Below are positions 16,232-26,440 of a stretch of DNA of 64,000 nt, one piece after another (position 1 is the first letter of the stretch; every line of letters starts with the position of its first letter). Source of the DNA: a virus; IMG/VR virus record IMGVR_UViG_3300035670_000028, positions 64,001 through 128,000 of that record. The stretch is one strand, 5' to 3'. Both the position numbers and the translations under genes were made by a program. Below the pieces are notes generated by a model. It saw nothing but the letters and a program-made list of their open reading frames with translations. It had not been told where the DNA came from and ran no database searches.

Positions 16232-17821
16232 ATGACACAACGTCACAAACACGAAAAGCTGATCCTCAAGCTCCTATCAGAGGATGATAGGATAGAATAT
16301 TGTCTCAATGAAGGAAGGCTAGATATTCTCTCAGAGGCACAGAAAATATCTGAGGAAGACATTCAAAATGTCGCGAAATCCGTTGAGAAGACTGAAAAGG
16401 AGCTTGCGATAATTGCCGCAGCCTCCAAAGACGCAGGTTTCGAAGCGTACTCTGTGTATTTTGATGCGATGCTCAAGCAGATGAAGACTGTCAAGAAGTA
16501 CATTGCGCAGGTGGGAATTGGTGGTATCAAGGATAATATGAGCATAGCACTGACTCTATTATCGCAAGCCATCGCAATGGAAGATTCAGCGACAAAGGCT
16601 GCAAACGGCCTTGAAAAGTCAATAACACTCTTTGCAAAAGAGTTGGCGCCTCTAATCGAAGATGATAAGAAAGACACACCACTAGAAGATCTAGCAACAG
16701 ATGAGAGCAATGGCCTACCATCAGTAGATGAGCTCACAAAAGGTCTGCAAAAGGCTTTCGAAGGAGCTGGTCTAACAAAGAAAGAAGAGCAAGGCGGTTT
16801 GTTTAGTAAGCTGATGTCCTTCGGTAAGAAGATGTACAAGAAGCTTACAGGATCTGATGCAGAGAAAGAAGAGATCAAGAAGGCTGAAAAAGTTGCTGCA
16901 GCTGTAAAGAAATTGCAAAATGACGCGAGACCAATGCCTGATCCAGGTGATGCCATTTCTGCAATCCTAAAAATGTCGTTAAATCAGCTTGAGAAATTTG
17001 TAGGCGGTCTGAAAAAAGCGAAAGCCAAGCCTCCCCCAAAGGGTGCTCTAAAAACACTAGCAGCAAAGGTTGAAGCCACACCACCCACAGGCGGTTCAGA
17101 AGAAGGTGGTAAGGACAAAAAAGCAGGAAGTGAGAAGACAGCAGCAGTCGCGTCAAAACTATCAGTCAAAGACCTTGAAGGTGAGTTGACCAAGGTTGTG
17201 GGCGATAATGAAGAGACAAAAAAGCTAATTCCTGGTGCAATTGCAGCAATTCGAGGTATTGATTCTCTCAAAGACATTATTGCAGACGCTAAAATTGCAT
17301 TGCACAAACAAAGCTTATCATATCTTCTTTTTGAAGCTGAGAGTGATCCTGCTCCTGAAGATAAGAAGACAGAAGATAAAGAGGCAAAAAAAGTTGAGTT
17401 TGAAACTGTGCTAAAAGCAGTTTCAGGTGCTGTCAAAAATGAAGAAGTTGCGAAGCAGCTAACAGCCGCGGCTTTTAAGTTCATGAAGGAAAAAGGAATC
17501 AGCGTAGGCGATTTGCCTGCTGATGTTACTGCTCAGCCTGACAGCAAACCAGATGACAAGTCTGGTGGTGGAATTGTTCCAGATGAAAAATTCAACGATG
17601 TCTTCAATAATAGTAAGCTATGGATTCAGACTCCCAAGAAAAGAAAGTCTATTCTGAATCCTACAAATCCCGCTAATAAACAAGCACGCCAAAACTGGAA
17701 AGATGAATTCAACAAATCAGCAGGAAAAAAAGTCTTTGAAAGAAAGCACATCGAAGACACATCAATCAGTGAAGGCGTTGACAGAATTCTTAAGCTCGCT
17801 GGCATAAAGGACGAGGAGTGA
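16232..17821 (+). CDS. Large Lys/Glu-rich putative virion-internal protein
   Basis: Multiple LSE/LNE/LFE/ISE motifs; C-terminal RILKLAGI; lower GC; ATACCTA at 16193. Confidence 0.65.
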   Translation: MTQRHKHEKLILKLLSEDDRIEYCLNEGRLDILSEAQKISEEDIQNVAKSVEKTEKELAIIAAASKDAGFEAYSVYFDAMLKQMKTVKKYIAQVGIGGIKDNMSIALTLLSQAIAMEDSATKAANGLEKSITLFAKELAPLIEDDKKDTPLEDLATDESNGLPSVDELTKGLQKAFEGAGLTKKEEQGGLFSKLMSFGKKMYKKLTGSDAEKEEIKKAEKVAAAVKKLQNDARPMPDPGDAISAILKMSLNQLEKFVGGLKKAKAKPPPKGALKTLAAKVEATPPTGGSEEGGKDKKAGSEKTAAVASKLSVKDLEGELTKVVGDNEETKKLIPGAIAAIRGIDSLKDIIADAKIALHKQSLSYLLFEAESDPAPEDKKTEDKEAKKVEFETVLKAVSGAVKNEEVAKQLTAAAFKFMKEKGISVGDLPADVTAQPDSKPDDKSGGGIVPDEKFNDVFNNSKLWIQTPKKRKSILNPTNPANKQARQNWKDEFNKSAGKKVFERKHIEDTSISEGVDRILKLAGIKDEE

Positions 17822-17822
17822 C

Positions 17823-18242
17823 ATGGCAAAGCTGAATGAGTCAAAGATCGTTGAGGCCATGCGCCTCGCCTATCTCCGGAGGCTCCACGAGGTGATCGGT
17901 GAGACCGACGTGAAGGACAAGAGGGGTAATGTGGTGATCTCTCCCGGTCTCAAGGTCCGTCACAAGAAGTCACAGTTCGAGTACACTGTGTCATCTGTGA
18001 AGGAGGATCCGAAGTCAGGCGACGTGGTGATCACTCTCAAGAGCCCTGAGATGCCGCGTTTCACGCCTTCCGGTGGGCAGGAGTTCGTGGGCGAGGAGAC
18101 ACCTCTACTGACAGGCGCCGCTCCTACCTCGGGTCACGATGAGGAGCTCGCAGCAATGGCTCAGCCGGACGCTGTCGAGGGCGAGGAGACCGTCTTCATG
18201 GTGGATGAGAAGGAGTTCAAGAAGGACTACGAGGTGAAGTGA
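17823..18242 (+). CDS. Hypothetical (probably virion) protein
   Basis: LNE N-terminus; PGLKVRHK. Confidence 0.65.
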   Translation: MAKLNESKIVEAMRLAYLRRLHEVIGETDVKDKRGNVVISPGLKVRHKKSQFEYTVSSVKEDPKSGDVVITLKSPEMPRFTPSGGQEFVGEETPLLTGAAPTSGHDEELAAMAQPDAVEGEETVFMVDEKEFKKDYEVK

Positions 18243-18937
18243 TGCACATCGACGACGACATCAAGAAGGAGATCCGCCGCTCCCTAGGCCTTCCGGAGCG
18301 GAGGGCAGAGTCAAAGATCAATGAGGCGTACGTTGTTGAGCCCAAGTCCTACACGCTCAAGACCGACTTCCTGAGCGACAAGGCGAAGAAGGCCCGCATC
18401 GACGACTTCAGCGCGAACGCCAAGTCACTAAACGCTGTGAGCGCGAAGCTGGACACCGCCTCAAGGGACGATGCGGACGACCGCTCCTCGGAGTTCAGGT
18501 CGCTCAAGGTCGACGAGGCGCACTGCCTCAATGAGGCCTTCCTCAGGGCGCGCCACTTCGACAACATCGACGATCCCAGGAGCCAGATCTCCATGGACAC
18601 ACTTTCCTTCATGCGCCTCGAGCGGGACTTCGGCGGATTCGACGCGTGGCAGAAGGACTTCATAGCCTGCGGCATGTCGGCACGCAGTGGTTACGTTGTG
18701 ACCGCCTACAACATCCTGCTCGGCAGGTACATGAACCTCGTGGTCGACGCGGGAGGCTGCAACATACCGATCGGATGCATGCCCATCGTTGTTCTCGACG
18801 TCTCAGAGGGCGCGTACTACCGGGACTACATCGGTGATCGCAAGACCTACATCATCGCAATGATGAAGGAGCTCAACTGGGACGTCATCGAGGAGCGCGT
18901 CAAGAAGGCTGAGAGGATCGCGAAGGTGATGGCATGA
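18239..18937 (+). CDS. Degenerate Fe/Mn superoxide-dismutase-fold protein
   Basis: ERDFGGFDAW..DF, PIVVLDVSEGAYYRDY, NWDVIEER; metal His ligands missing. Confidence 0.75.
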   Translation: MMHIDDDIKKEIRRSLGLPERRAESKINEAYVVEPKSYTLKTDFLSDKAKKARIDDFSANAKSLNAVSAKLDTASRDDADDRSSEFRSLKVDEAHCLNEAFLRARHFDNIDDPRSQISMDTLSFMRLERDFGGFDAWQKDFIACGMSARSGYVVTAYNILLGRYMNLVVDAGGCNIPIGCMPIVVLDVSEGAYYRDYIGDRKTYIIAMMKELNWDVIEERVKKAERIAKVMA

Positions 18938-19875
18938 GACCCACATCAAAGACAGGACCGGTTCAGGCGACACAGCACGATCCCATGCATGGGCCAACAC
19001 CCACCTGGGTTCACGGAAAGGGTCGCCGCCCAGGCACGCTTCTCATCGGATCAAAGTCAGGCGCAGACACACGTGAAGTGCCTGCAAACAGCGTCAAGTT
19101 TAAGTTCGGCCCGGACACTGAGATGTTTGGGATTCCCTACACAGACCCATATGCGCAGAATGAGTCTGCCGGCTTCAAGCTCACTAGGGCACAGCTTCGT
19201 GCCATGATCCTCGAGGTTCTCACTGAGGGTGAGGACGAGGGCGGTGATGAAGGCGGCGATGATCTCTTTGGTGACGCCGAGGGCGGCGAAGACGAAGAGG
19301 GCGGAGATGAGGGCGGTGAGGAAGCGGGCGGCGAAGAGAGTGGAGATAAAGAGGGAGGAGATGAGGGTGGCGGCGAGGAAGGGGGTGACGAGGAAGAAGC
19401 TGCCGACGACAGCGAAAAGGACGAGGAAAAGGAGCCTGAGCCCACAGGCCCGGTTGGAGACGAGGTCGATATCGCCCTGAAGGACGTTATGGCTGACTTT
19501 GAGAAGCGCGCCCTGGACGCTGCAAAGGCGAAGGGAGAGCTCAAGCCTGTCGATGCGGTCAAGAAGGAGGGACGTGTGTCCCTTGCACGTCTACTGTTCG
19601 AGGAGGAGGAGACACCGCTCATGGACATGGGCACGTTCGCTGCAGATGTTGCTAGGCTCATCAGCAACTACGACTCCCTCATCGACATGGAGGCAGTGAT
19701 CTACACAAAGGCGAAGGATTTCCTGGAGAAGAAGTACGGCAAGGAGTACTCCGACCAGCTGGAGGATATACTCGCTCGTGAGTACAACATAGAATTCGAC
19801 CACGAGTATGACCCAGAGAAAGCAGAGCAGCCGATCTTCGCAGTCGGCGCCACAGCGGCGGCCGCAGGCGCCTGA
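18934..19875 (+). CDS. Acidic low-complexity putative scaffold/virion protein
   Basis: Internal KLTRAQLRAMILE tag; long D/E/G tract. Confidence 0.65.
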   Translation: MRPTSKTGPVQATQHDPMHGPTPTWVHGKGRRPGTLLIGSKSGADTREVPANSVKFKFGPDTEMFGIPYTDPYAQNESAGFKLTRAQLRAMILEVLTEGEDEGGDEGGDDLFGDAEGGEDEEGGDEGGEEAGGEESGDKEGGDEGGGEEGGDEEEAADDSEKDEEKEPEPTGPVGDEVDIALKDVMADFEKRALDAAKAKGELKPVDAVKKEGRVSLARLLFEEEETPLMDMGTFAADVARLISNYDSLIDMEAVIYTKAKDFLEKKYGKEYSDQLEDILAREYNIEFDHEYDPEKAEQPIFAVGATAAAAGA

Positions 19876-20197
19876 TCTCAATCGTCGCCTGATCGACTAT
19901 CAGACTCGTAAGTCGATCCATATCACTCTCACAAAGTCCACGCACGCAGATCTCAGGACCCTGCTCTTCAAGCGCGGCCTGTCCATGCAGGAGGTATTCA
20001 ATCGGCTTGCGTCTCTCATCTGTGAGCAGAACCCACACCTTTCAAGGCTCCTCGACGGCATTGAGCTCGAGAAGAAGGAGCGGCAAATCAAGCAGGTTAC
20101 ACGCACAGACGCCGAGTCTATATTTGAGCTTATAGAGACAGCAAATCCCTTTGAGACTGAAGAGGACATAGAAGAGGAAGATGAGCACATCGATTAA
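19808..20197 (+). CDS. Possible ribbon-helix-helix-like protein
   Basis: KSIHITL...H..LR..L..RGLSMQEVF; start uncertain. Confidence 0.5.
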   Translation: MTQRKQSSRSSQSAPQRRPQAPDLNRRLIDYQTRKSIHITLTKSTHADLRTLLFKRGLSMQEVFNRLASLICEQNPHLSRLLDGIELEKKERQIKQVTRTDAESIFELIETANPFETEEDIEEEDEHID

Positions 20198-20552
20198 GAA
20201 AATAGTACTGGACATCATTGCGGGAGCAATTCAGCCTGTCTCAGGCTCGTCGCTGAGAATCGATGAGATGCAGAAGAAGATAGAGGACCTCAGCGAGGAG
20301 AACACTAAGCTCAAGCGTCTCTATCTGAAGACCACTGTTGACATGAACAGCATGCAGGAGATTGTGAAGGTCATGGCAATGAATCAGGCACAGCTGGCGT
20401 CTGATCTCCACACGATATACACAGCTGTCAGGGACGCGGGCATCATCGAGGAGCTTGATGAGGAGGCACCCATGGAGACTGCTTCTGAGGCAACCTCAAT
20501 GTGGGTCACGAGGTCAGGATCATTGGGCGGCACTGGCGGAATGCTAAACTGA
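20181..20552 (+). CDS. Coiled-coil hypothetical protein
   Basis: Heptad pattern. Confidence 0.6.
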   Translation: MSTSIKKIVLDIIAGAIQPVSGSSLRIDEMQKKIEDLSEENTKLKRLYLKTTVDMNSMQEIVKVMAMNQAQLASDLHTIYTAVRDAGIIEELDEEAPMETASEATSMWVTRSGSLGGTGGMLN

Positions 20553-20577
20553 TCGCATACCTAATCTTGAGGTGCTC

Positions 20578-20982
20578 ATGACAGAGATCAATCTGACAGG
20601 CCTCACGACTGCTACTAAGGGCACGTGGGCCTGGGTAAAAGAAAACTGGCTCACCCTGGTTCTTGCTGTTGCGCTCATTGGCTGTGCCTACGTAATGCTT
20701 TCTCAGAAGTCGGCAATGAATGCTGTGCTCGAGCAGTACAGGGCACAAATAACTGAGTCGCACAACGACATCACGCAGTTAGAGAGTGTCGTTGAGAGTG
20801 AGAGAACAGCCAGAGAGACAATGCAGCGTGAGTTCAATGAGAGGATCAATGAGATCGACGAGCGCTACACGAAGGCGATAAACGACATACGCAGGGATCG
20901 TGCACGACGGATCAGAGAGCTCATGGAAAACACTCCAGAGCTCGACAATCGATTCGGCGAAAGGTTTGGGATACCTGAATGA
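20578..20982 (+). CDS. Putative i-spanin (Rz-like)
   Basis: N-terminal TM helix then coiled coil; followed by a lipoprotein gene. Confidence 0.55.
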   Translation: MTEINLTGLTTATKGTWAWVKENWLTLVLAVALIGCAYVMLSQKSAMNAVLEQYRAQITESHNDITQLESVVESERTARETMQREFNERINEIDERYTKAINDIRRDRARRIRELMENTPELDNRFGERFGIPE

Positions 20983-21563
20983 TGTTAGCAAAAAGAATAG
21001 TGTCGCTGCTGTGTGCCTGCACGCTCCTGGTGGGCTGCAATAGAACGCCACCCGTGAGTCCAGAGGCTAACTCAACATCTGGCGGTGAGGAGTCACTCCT
21101 CGCTCCCTTGGTCGAGGAAGCGCTCACAGAGCTGCCCCTCGTTGAGGCGCCCACCGTGGAGAGAAACACGTCAACCACAGCGAGGAGGTACCGTGTCACA
21201 CTCGGCATGCCTGCTCCCGCGTCAGGACTTCTGCTGAACGATGAGGCGGAGGCGTACGTGTTCGCTGAGTCAGAGGCGTTTGAGGCAAGGTGTAGAGCAG
21301 CAATAACGTCCCAACGAGATAGGGACGCTGTTCGCCTCAGCCTGGAAGTCGGTGAGCTGCGTCTCCAGATGAACTCAGATCGAGAGCGCTTTCGGATTAT
21401 TCTGGACGGCAGAGATAGGGAGATACAGCGTCTCATGAGCCTAAATGAGACCCTCTCCGGCAGCGCCGACGAGTTCCCCTTGGAGGAAGTGCTGCTTGGC
21501 ATTGGTGCCCTCGCCGTTGGCCTTGTGGGTGGCTTTGCTGTAGGTTTCCTCTACAATCCCTGA
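20979..21563 (+). CDS. Lipoprotein with C-terminal TM (spanin-like)
   Basis: Lipobox LLVG-C; APASGLLL; coiled coil; C-terminal hydrophobic helix. Confidence 0.55.
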   Translation: MMLAKRIVSLLCACTLLVGCNRTPPVSPEANSTSGGEESLLAPLVEEALTELPLVEAPTVERNTSTTARRYRVTLGMPAPASGLLLNDEAEAYVFAESEAFEARCRAAITSQRDRDAVRLSLEVGELRLQMNSDRERFRIILDGRDREIQRLMSLNETLSGSADEFPLEEVLLGIGALAVGLVGGFAVGFLYNP

Positions 21564-21621
21564 TCCTCCTGTAAATCATACGCATATTTAGTAGAGTCCA
21601 CAGAACGGACTGGAGATCACC

Positions 21622-22971
21622 GTGAAACTGAAGCACAGCACGCTCGAGAAGGCGATACGCGCCGCACTCTTTGAGGACATCACATACCACATGCCTGACG
21701 TGGCCTACGGCATTCACGATAGGCCTGGCCCTAAAGAGGACACAGATCCTGACTTTAAGCCAACTGTTCCACCCCAGGTTCCACTTAAACCCACTGAGAT
21801 GATGTCGACCCAGCTAGCGGACGAGAAGCCGCCTGTTGAGGATGAGAACTACGCGCCCACCTCCGTGTCAGATCTCAGGCAGGCAGCCTCTGCTCTCGCT
21901 TCAATGGTTCCACCTGATAAGGTTGAGCAGTTCTACAGGCAGATGCACAAGATGCTGGATGACGCGAAGACAGCAGACGCGGACGGAAAGACAGTTCGCT
22001 CCAAGCAGGTCCAGTCCGAGATTGAGGGTGAGGATGAGGAGGAAGGCATGATTTTGCGCAAGGAATCAAGGAAGAGGAACCGTAAGGTTGACATGCGGCG
22101 TGTTGCCGAGTCTATCCGAAAGCTCGCCAAGGTGATCAAGGAGGGACGCTGGGGCGACGAGCCGCTGGGCGCAGGTGATGAGAGATCGAGGCTCCGGAGC
22201 CCATACGATCCCGAATACGCCAAGAGCAGGTACTACGATGAGCCTGAGTACCAGGACTTCAGCGACGTCGAGGAGGAGACAGCTCAGGAGGAGGTCGTTG
22301 AGGACGCTGATGAGTCGATCCTGAAGCAGCTCGCCCTTGAGTACGGCTTCGGCAAGGACGCCAACTCCATGAGGCAGGCGCTCCACAGGCTGTTCAAGCT
22401 GATGAACTACATGATCACAAAGATCGGCGCGAAGAACATCGACATCATGATGGGAACTGTTGTGCCAGAGTTCGTGAACACTGCAGTTGAGGCAGGTATA
22501 TTTGAGCCCGAGGACGCGACTGATCTAATGACCAATCCTGTTCACGTCAAGAAACTCGACTCGTTCAGGTTCTACTTCAATGAGCTCTATCGGCCCGTCT
22601 ACCAGAAGCTTCGAGCTGGTGCTGAGAAGTCTGCACGTGATAAGATCGCGTCCCTCGGCATTCCAAAGGCCATTCAGGACACTGTTTTCAATCAGGCCAC
22701 TGGTGGCGCTGAGAGGAAGATGTCGACCATCGTCAAGCGCCTCGAGAAGGCGGGGGTCTCAGCAGCTGATAAGCAGAAGGCGCTTGAGACAGTGCGTCAA
22801 AACTTCACAGCAATTCAGAAGGAGCTGAGCAACATTCCTGCAACCCTCTTGGACAGCGTGCACGATGAGGTCGACCGAATGGGAGACAAGAAGAAGCAAG
22901 AGATGATTCTCAAGGCATTTGGTCTCACCAAGGAGTGGCAGGAGGAAGAAGCAGCACGTGCCAAGAGGTAA
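21622..22971 (+). CDS. Putative virion-internal protein
   Basis: LEKAIRAALFE tag; ATATTTA at 21584. Confidence 0.65.
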   Translation: MKLKHSTLEKAIRAALFEDITYHMPDVAYGIHDRPGPKEDTDPDFKPTVPPQVPLKPTEMMSTQLADEKPPVEDENYAPTSVSDLRQAASALASMVPPDKVEQFYRQMHKMLDDAKTADADGKTVRSKQVQSEIEGEDEEEGMILRKESRKRNRKVDMRRVAESIRKLAKVIKEGRWGDEPLGAGDERSRLRSPYDPEYAKSRYYDEPEYQDFSDVEEETAQEEVVEDADESILKQLALEYGFGKDANSMRQALHRLFKLMNYMITKIGAKNIDIMMGTVVPEFVNTAVEAGIFEPEDATDLMTNPVHVKKLDSFRFYFNELYRPVYQKLRAGAEKSARDKIASLGIPKAIQDTVFNQATGGAERKMSTIVKRLEKAGVSAADKQKALETVRQNFTAIQKELSNIPATLLDSVHDEVDRMGDKKKQEMILKAFGLTKEWQEEEAARAKR

Positions 22972-22973
22972 CA

Positions 22974-23393
22974 ATGCGTCGATTGCTCAAAGAGATGATG
23001 GAGAACTACCTGGACGATCTCGAGAGCCACACGCCTCAGATTCCTGAAGTTCCAATGCTCAGTAGGATGCCTGGCTCTCAGCAGCTCCCTGTCAAGCCAC
23101 GCGCGACGACTTGGGTGGTCGACAAGAGCAAGAATTGCCTGCAGCGAACATTTGAGTTCGACTCTCACACTCGCATGTGCGACTTCGTTAGGGAGCTGCT
23201 CGACTATGAGATGTCGACGCAGCACTACGGCAGGATCCTGTGCGAGTTTCCAAGCGTGTCGATTGAGGTCCGGACCCACGATCTGGACGCAGTGACAGAG
23301 CTCGACAAGGAGTACGCTAGACACTGCGACATGATTTTTGACGATGTGATTCACTTCCGACAGAATGAGAACTTTATAGATGACGTCTACTAA
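22974..23393 (+). CDS. phhB: Pterin-4a-carbinolamine dehydratase-like protein
   Basis: LQRTFEF..F..., H, VSIEVRTHD..VTELD..A pattern; HHP replaced by HYG. Confidence 0.75.
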   Translation: MRRLLKEMMENYLDDLESHTPQIPEVPMLSRMPGSQQLPVKPRATTWVVDKSKNCLQRTFEFDSHTRMCDFVRELLDYEMSTQHYGRILCEFPSVSIEVRTHDLDAVTELDKEYARHCDMIFDDVIHFRQNENFIDDVY

Positions 23394-23829
23394 AAAACAG
23401 AAGATCGATGACGAGTGGTCAAGAGTGTCGCAGAATCCTGACAACATGATTGTGAGCGATGTCATTAAGGAGAGCATAGACAAGCTGCTCAGTGTCAAGG
23501 ACACAGCGGTTTCATCAGTGCCACCAGTTGTCTCACTCTCTGGAGAGGGTATTGAGCTTAGCATGGAGATGAGCAGGATTGACATGGCACCCAATGGGTG
23601 GTCTGTGTCCTGCATTGCTGGGATGAGTGACGGATACTCTCTGATTGGCACAGATAGGAAGAAGTGGAAGAGGATAGCAGTCTGCGCTGAGCCAGGAGCA
23701 GCTCCTCTCTGGCAGGCAGACATAAGGGCTGATGTGATTCGCGTGGAGGTTGAATTCCCCGCAGCCACAGGTCTCAGCATTGTGAATCTGTCTTGCTCCA
23801 ACGAGCGTGAACAAACACGCGTACTGTGA
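23380..23829 (+). CDS. Hypothetical protein
   Basis: ORF in operon. Confidence 0.6.
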   Translation: MTSTKKQKIDDEWSRVSQNPDNMIVSDVIKESIDKLLSVKDTAVSSVPPVVSLSGEGIELSMEMSRIDMAPNGWSVSCIAGMSDGYSLIGTDRKKWKRIAVCAEPGAAPLWQADIRADVIRVEVEFPAATGLSIVNLSCSNEREQTRVL

Positions 23830-23852
23830 ATATTTAAGGGCTGGAGACCAAG

Positions 23853-24068
23853 ATGTCACACCCAGAAGATGATTATCAGGACGACCTAAATGAGTCAGAG
23901 ATGGCTCGAACCTTTCAGTTCGACAAGTTTGTCGAGGACCTCGAGCGTCGAGAGAGGCTCCGCCGAGAGATGTATGAGAACGTTCCGACAGACCACAACC
24001 AGCTGAACAGGCAGCGTGACGCTCAGAATCGAGAGCAGCTTCACAACAGAATTCGGTGGTCTCGATGA
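23853..24068 (+). CDS. Hypothetical protein
   Basis: ATATTTA at 23830, GGAG RBS, LNE motif. Confidence 0.6.
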   Translation: MSHPEDDYQDDLNESEMARTFQFDKFVEDLERRERLRREMYENVPTDHNQLNRQRDAQNREQLHNRIRWSR

Positions 24069-24832
24069 GCACCAAGGACATTAAGTCCCTCGACATCCTT
24101 GTTAAGACTCTCGCCTCTCGAGTGATCAAGGAGACCCTATCACCGCTCCAGGGCAAGGAGACCGAGGAGGACCGCCAGCACGTGATGGCCAAGGAGCTCC
24201 AGTCAATCCGCAAGGCGCCCAGGTCTAAGTCATCAAAGGACGAGGACCTCGAGGAGGCTGAGGACGAGGAGAAGAAGGAAGAGCCCTCAGATGATGAGGG
24301 TGAAGCTGAGTCTGCCCCTGAGGAGAAAAAGTCCTCTGAGTTCGTCTCCAAGAAGATTGCCACGGGCAAGGAGGAGCCAAAGAAGCCGAAGGCCGTGATT
24401 CCTGACCCCACAGAGATCAAGGACGTCACGTTCAATCAGGTCGTCAATATGATGAACATGATGCGATCAGGCAAGTCTGCGAAGGATCCTGACACCAAGA
24501 AGAAGCTTGACTCCTACTTCAAGAACCTGAATCCCGGAGAGAAGCAGGCGCTCTTCGTGCTGTTAAGCGGTCTGACCCAGATTCTTGCAGGTGGTGTCGA
24601 GGGAGATGAGGCGCCTGATCCTGGCAAGGTTGGAATCAAGATACGGCCCAAGCCCTCTGACAAGGACCGACCTGCAAAGACGCCTGAGAAGGTCATGAAG
24701 ACGCCCGGGTCACCTGCCTCCGTCACAAAGCCGACTCCTGCTGCCGATGAGAATCTTCCCATCATCGTGGGTGAGGCTGCTGATCGGTCAAATGTGCTGA
24801 ACAGGGTTAGAAAACTTATGGTGAGGTCATGA
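24065..24832 (+). CDS. Putative virion-internal protein
   Basis: Charged linker; NMMRSGKS.KD; C-terminal RVRKLM. Confidence 0.65.
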   Translation: MSTKDIKSLDILVKTLASRVIKETLSPLQGKETEEDRQHVMAKELQSIRKAPRSKSSKDEDLEEAEDEEKKEEPSDDEGEAESAPEEKKSSEFVSKKIATGKEEPKKPKAVIPDPTEIKDVTFNQVVNMMNMMRSGKSAKDPDTKKKLDSYFKNLNPGEKQALFVLLSGLTQILAGGVEGDEAPDPGKVGIKIRPKPSDKDRPAKTPEKVMKTPGSPASVTKPTPAADENLPIIVGEAADRSNVLNRVRKLMVRS

Positions 24833-25152
24833 AGATCACTAAGAAGCAGCTTAGGATGCTCATAGAGCAGGCGGTCGTTGAGAGTGTGACCGGCGAGAGA
24901 ATGCACCGGTGCTTCCACGGTAATTTAGTCCCATGGGGCACGCAGGAGTGTGTTGACGATATCTCAGCGCGCATGGACGACGCGCGGGCAGTTCGAGACG
25001 AGTGCGACAACCGCACTGACAAGCGTGATTACTACAACGGCGTGCTCAAGGTGCTCCGGCGCGAGCTCCGTGACGCTCAGAAGGTGCTAGGTCTCAACGT
25101 CGAGTCCGATCAGCCCGAGGACGACAACATCCTGCTGGACGACGAGGTCTGA
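24829..25152 (+). CDS. Tagged putative virion protein, Cys-containing
   Basis: MKITKKQLRMLIEQ. Confidence 0.65.
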   Translation: MKITKKQLRMLIEQAVVESVTGERMHRCFHGNLVPWGTQECVDDISARMDDARAVRDECDNRTDKRDYYNGVLKVLRRELRDAQKVLGLNVESDQPEDDNILLDDEV

Positions 25153-25153
25153 C

Positions 25154-26437
25154 ATGGGCGGCGTAGCAGGACACCTCTCGCACCTCCATGAGTCAATGGA
25201 CCTCACGTTCGGTGAGATCAAGAGCATCCTTCAGGATGTTGCCACGGCGAACATCAGCGCGCTCGAGAAGGTGGACGGACAGAACATCTTCTTTGGCTGG
25301 GACGCGAAGACAGGCCAGGTCCGCACTGCTAGAAACTCCGGAGACATCGCGAAGGGCGGCATGACCCCCAAGGAGTACGCGGACAAGTGGAAGGGTCACC
25401 CAGCTGAGTCTGCGTTCATGAGCGGTTTCTCAGCGATTGAGCAGGCCATCAAGAGCATGAGCAAGAAGGACCTGACCGCGATCTTCGGCAAGAACAATGA
25501 CAGGTACGTCAACGCTGAGATCATGTACAGCGGCAATCCCAACATGATCCAGTACGATGGAAACTACATCGTGGTGCACAACCTACAGTCATTCGCCGGC
25601 GGTGAGCAGGGAGTCGTCGACACGGGAGAGTTCGACCAGCTTGTCGCCGCAATTGAGGGCTTCGATGCGAAGGTGTCTCGGCAGAAGTGGAAGGTGCACG
25701 GACCACAGCTCGTGGCGCTTAGGGACATCAGCGAGGGAAAGCACTACGACAGCCTAGTGGCAGCCCTTGATAGGGCATCAGGTGGAATGTCCGACAGCGC
25801 GACAATCGGCGACTTTGTGGCTGAGAAGCTTCGTGCAGGCGCTGTGGGAAAACTGAAGATGCCCGAGGAGCGCAAGGAGCGGCTCATCGCACGCATCATC
25901 GGCCTCACGCGCGGCGATGATCCAAAGTCCCTACCTGACCTCCGTGAGCTCAAGCAGGGACTGGACAAGGCGACGCAGGTCAAGATCTCTGAGATGGCCT
26001 CCACATCCTCTGCCCGAGGCACAGCATCGGTGGTCGTTGCGCCCATTGAGCGTGCAATCAGTGACTTCGCCATTGAGGTGCTCAGGGGAATGCAGTCGTT
26101 CTTCGTCTCCGACCACGACACCGAGGTGCAGAGGCTGCGCGCTGAGCTCGAGGACGCAGTCAAGAAGCTGCAGTCCGCGAAGGGCGCCGACGCGAAGACA
26201 ATAGGCGACATGCTTGTGAGGCATCTCGAGAAGCTGGGACACGTCGAGAACGTCGCGCAGTCCATCGAGGGTGTTGTCTTCGAGTATCCTCCTGGCAGCA
26301 AGCAGCTCTACAAGCTTACAGGATCGTTCGCCATGGTCAATCAGATCATAGGACGTGCTCGACGGATGAGTGAGGGCGACGCACCTGTAACCGAGTCACG
26401 TAGTCGCGGATACTTAGCTGCATTCCTCCTAGGATGA
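25154..26437 (+). CDS. Ligase-like (covalent nucleotidyltransferase) protein, RNA-ligase-like
   Basis: Motif I EKVDGQN, motif III-like NAEIM, motif IV EGVVF, motif V YKLTG. Confidence 0.65.
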   Translation: MGGVAGHLSHLHESMDLTFGEIKSILQDVATANISALEKVDGQNIFFGWDAKTGQVRTARNSGDIAKGGMTPKEYADKWKGHPAESAFMSGFSAIEQAIKSMSKKDLTAIFGKNNDRYVNAEIMYSGNPNMIQYDGNYIVVHNLQSFAGGEQGVVDTGEFDQLVAAIEGFDAKVSRQKWKVHGPQLVALRDISEGKHYDSLVAALDRASGGMSDSATIGDFVAEKLRAGAVGKLKMPEERKERLIARIIGLTRGDDPKSLPDLRELKQGLDKATQVKISEMASTSSARGTASVVVAPIERAISDFAIEVLRGMQSFFVSDHDTEVQRLRAELEDAVKKLQSAKGADAKTIGDMLVRHLEKLGHVENVAQSIEGVVFEYPPGSKQLYKLTGSFAMVNQIIGRARRMSEGDAPVTESRSRGYLAAFLLG

Positions 26438-26440
26438 CTC

